Source: a cyanobacterium endosymbiont of Epithemia turgida isolate EtSB Lake Yunoko (GTDB lineage: Bacteria; Cyanobacteriota; Cyanobacteriia; Cyanobacteriales; Microcystaceae). Taken from it: a stretch of DNA of 32,000 bases. Within the stretch, counting starts at the first letter, position 1, and each line of letters starts with the position of its first letter. The stretch is taken from positions 660,001 to 692,000 of the forward strand of contig NZ_AP012549.1 of assembly GCF_000829235.1 (NCBI RefSeq). Direction: 5' to 3'. Below are positions 29,509-32,000 of the stretch, one piece after another. The position numbers and the translations under genes were made by a program. A model generated the notes under the pieces. That model worked only from the letters and a program-made list of their open reading frames with translations. It had not been told where the DNA came from and did no database searches.

Positions 29509-30690
29509 ATGATGGCACAAGAGCAACCCTCGTTAGAGGAAATAACTTTCAGACAGCTATGCAGCAGAGTAGCCAATAAGTATCATCTCTCCCTTTACAG
29601 CAGAATGCGTAAAGCACGACTACTGTCTGCGATAAAACAACTTATTCAGGAATAAACTGTTCAAAACCCAAAAATTAAAGAAACGACAATAAGTCCAACA
29701 CTCGTTCAGGAAGAATAAGAAATGGAAGCATTTATATTTAAAATAGGTTAAGACGATATCGTAGAAGAACTTTCATCTTCTGTTGATGGCGGGCTTGGTG
29801 ATCTCCACGATGGCTATAGAGAAAGCCGCATTGTAATTTTTCCTTGTGATGCGCAATGGTCTTATGCTTATTGATATGTTCCTAATGGTGCTAAAGAAGA
29901 ATGACCTCGCCAAGGAGAACAGATGAGTTAGCACGGGAATGGTATTTACCGATTTCCGTAAGTGATCGTAATTATGTTCTCGACATCGGTTATCGTTGTT
30001 TCGATGGACGCTGGTTGATTCTCGCTCGTTCAGCTTCTGTTCTGTCTATCTTTCTGACTGGGCAAAGGACATCGTTGTTACTGTCGACTCGAACCAAGAA
30101 CTCCAAAGCAAGATTGTTTAAAATTTCGTTCCTCTTACTCACCATCAAGCAATTCCAGGCGTCTTGTCTACGACGAAATTTTTGGTATGCTTCAAGGAGA
30201 AAAAGCTCAGTGCATGGCAGCTTCTGTGTTCGGTTCTATGCAACAAGTTGCAGGTTCAATGATCAGTCCCTACATTCATAAAGAAAAAGTGGTTAGTTCT
30301 TATATCTTTCCTTCCAGTATTGGAATGTGAGCAATTCCTCCCGCTCCTAGTGTGAATGTATCTAGTATATTTGGTGTGGGGTTAGGAGTTCCTGTTTTTA
30401 CACTGCCCGGGTATTCCCGTAAGTTCTTGTTATTAGCTGGTGCTGAGTTAATTGTTTATGGATCTACTAAACCTGATGCTACTGTTAGCATTGGTGGTTA
30501 TTCTATTGGATTTAATTCTGATGGTATTTTCCGTTTCCAGATGTCTTGATAAGATGGTTTGATTGACTATCCTATAGTGGCTGTAGCTGTTAATGGAGAA
30601 CAAACCCGTTCTATCCATATGAAGTTTAATCGTGAAACTCTTAAGTGTCATGCTAATTTTAAGCAAAAAGCAGTTTTGGAGTGTCTTTAA
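29509..30690 (+). pseudogene. decayed gene for a conserved cyanobacterial Rho_N-domain / DUF4912-type protein
   Basis: The homologous reading runs through two frames and several stops. 29509-29655 encodes MMAQEQPSLEEITFRQLCSRVANKYHLSLYSRMRKARLLSAIKQLIQE* (Rho_N-like). 29761 onward reads ...GYRESRIVIFPCDAQWSYAY*YVPNGAKEE*. A shifted frame from about 29901 reads ...RNYVLDIGYRCFDGRWLILARS.... The original frame returns at about 30181: FGMLQGE...SIGM*AIPP...RKFLLLAGAELIVYGSTKPDATVSIGGYSIGFNSDGIFRFQMS**DGLIDYPIVAVAVNGEQTRSIHMKFNRET...*. Confidence 0.75.
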
Positions 30691-30882
30691 ATCTAGTCTA
30701 TAACTCGAGACAATAATTGCTTTTTTAAGCATTCTTAAAAGTTTGCCAACTTGATTGCTCCTGATGAGTTTGTCGGGAGCTTATTTTCTAATAATAGAGA
30801 AATCCTTAATTTTTTAGAAAGAACGTTACCCCCCCCAAAAGTTCTATACTAGAATAGAATAAATATTAACTTTCTTTAAGAG

Positions 30883-31074
30883 ATGTTGAGCCCAATTTTA
30901 ATATTTGATGTGGCTTTAGTCGCCTGGTCACTCCACTTAATGCAAGAAGCAATTGACCAACAAGAATTTTCCTTAATGCTAGCAGGAACTTTAGTAGCCA
31001 TGTCTGCTGCAGCAATGCTAGTAGTCTATTTTCTGATGGGCAAGTGTTTAAGCTATTTAATTCAACTCCATTAG
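30883..31074 (+). CDS. hypothetical small membrane protein (63 aa)
   Basis: An ATG ORF with two hydrophobic segments (ILIFDVALVAWSL, LAGTLVAMSAAAMLVVYFL) and gene-like composition, just upstream of recJ. I do not recognise a family. Confidence 0.3.
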   Translation: MLSPILIFDVALVAWSLHLMQEAIDQQEFSLMLAGTLVAMSAAAMLVVYFLMGKCLSYLIQLH

Positions 31075-31346
31075 GTTTCCTAAAAATAGTACAAATCAAT
31101 AAATCTGAATATAATCAACAACATACAAACAGAATAAAAAAATAAATATTTTTTCTTCTTCTATTATCATAAAAGTTGATTGTACAACATATATTTTATG
31201 TTTGATTTATAGTGTTGCACTTCAATTAAATAACTCAAAAAAATCTCTAAAATTTTCTCTAGTAGGGTGTAGTCGTTGAAATTAAATCTCAAGAATTTTG
31301 AATAGGACTTAAAATAATAATCTCCAATAATCAAGATTTAATCCTA

Positions 31347-32000
31347 ATGAAATTGCCCGATCAACGATGGCAAGTTGCTGTTCCTAATCCCAAACAAGTC
31401 GAGCAACTGATCAAAACAACAAAACTACCACCTTTAATTGCCCAAGTTATTATTAATCGGGGTATTGAGAGTTCCAATGCTATTGAAATCTACCTCAGTC
31501 CTGAAACTCAAACTCTTCCTTCACCTTTAGAGGAATTCCCTGATTTAGAGATCAGTGTAAAATTATTAAAAGATGCGATTACCACAGAGAAAAAAATCGT
31601 TATTTGTGGGGACTATGATGCTGATGGTATGACTAGTACTGCCTTATTATTGCGTGCTCTCACCCACTTGGGGGCTGATGTTCACTATAAAATTCCCAAT
31701 CGGATAAAAGATGGTTATGGCATTAATGAACATATTGTAGAAGCCTGTGCTAATGAAGGAGTAGGGTTGATTTTAACAGTTGACAATGGCATTACAGCTT
31801 GTAAACCGATTCAACGAGCTATAGAATTGGGGTTAAGTGTTATTATCACTGATCATCATAATCTCCCTAAAAAATTACCTCCAGCCGATGCGATTCTTAA
31901 TCCAAAATTACTTCGAGAAACTTCTCCTTATTGTGGATTAGCAGGAGTCGGAGTAGCATATATTTTGGCAGTAACAATAGCTCAAAGTTTTGGGTTACTC
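31347..32000 (+). CDS. recJ: single-stranded-DNA-specific exonuclease RecJ (5' part; runs off the window)
   Basis: Open frame from ATG 31347 to the window edge (218 codons), absent from the ORF track because it has no stop. MKLPDQRWQVA...LIAQVIINRGI, and DHH-family motifs ICGDYDADGMTS, TVDNG and ITDHH. Confidence 0.9.
   Translation, partial: MKLPDQRWQVAVPNPKQVEQLIKTTKLPPLIAQVIINRGIESSNAIEIYLSPETQTLPSPLEEFPDLEISVKLLKDAITTEKKIVICGDYDADGMTSTALLLRALTHLGADVHYKIPNRIKDGYGINEHIVEACANEGVGLILTVDNGITACKPIQRAIELGLSVIITDHHNLPKKLPPADAILNPKLLRETSPYCGLAGVGVAYILAVTIAQSFGLL

Noticed and set aside
29872-29874. The idea that TGA is read as Trp (an alternative genetic code), because TGA sits at a conserved Trp position in the DUF4912-type gene and at codon 5 of the 18954-19109 ORF.
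   Set aside because: TGA functions as a normal stop for sds, where it is followed 9 nt later by a clear terminator, and for thrB. All Trp codons in the intact genes are TGG. The same pseudogene also carries TAA and TAG stops and frameshifts. A TGG to TGA mutation under AT bias is the simpler explanation.
29901-30549. ORF-track entries 29901-30281 (126 aa) and 30352-30549 (65 aa) treated as independent genes.
   Set aside because: They are fragments of the single decayed Rho_N/DUF4912-type gene. The tail of 29901-30281 is out-of-frame read-through.

Overview
This is a cyanobacterial chromosome segment. The evidence is the gene set: NdhO, solanesyl-diphosphate synthase, a cyanobacterial-type arogenate dehydrogenase, an AMIN-domain AmiC amidase next to murI, a DICT/GAF histidine kinase, and one HIP1 (GCGATCGC) site. 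I can support 15 intact protein genes: lpdA, tyrA, a CPA2 antiporter, amiC, murI, sds, grpE, ndhO, sbcD, a class A PBP, thrB, an HtrA protease, a sensor kinase, a partial recJ and a possible 63-aa ORF. There is also one tRNA-Leu(GAG), two demonstrable pseudogenes (ridA and a Rho_N/DUF4912-type gene) and a few intrinsic terminators. I did not find a CRISPR array, a defence island, an intact mobile element or a novel multi-gene operon, and I am not claiming one. The unusual feature is the architecture. Intact genes cover only about 16.7 kb (roughly 52%) of the window and sit as islands between seven visibly AT-rich tracts of 0.7-3.2 kb, about 10.6 kb in total, that hold no credible ORF. Together with the multi-hit pseudogenes, this looks like a genome in active reductive evolution, as in obligate cyanobionts; that reading is inference. 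The only sharp signals inside the deserts are a few long perfect inverted repeats, including two with 22-bp stems, which composition alone does not explain. The 3.2-kb desert directly downstream of sbcD has the size and position expected of an eroded sbcC, with only weak motif traces. All homology calls come from recognising motifs by eye, with no database search.
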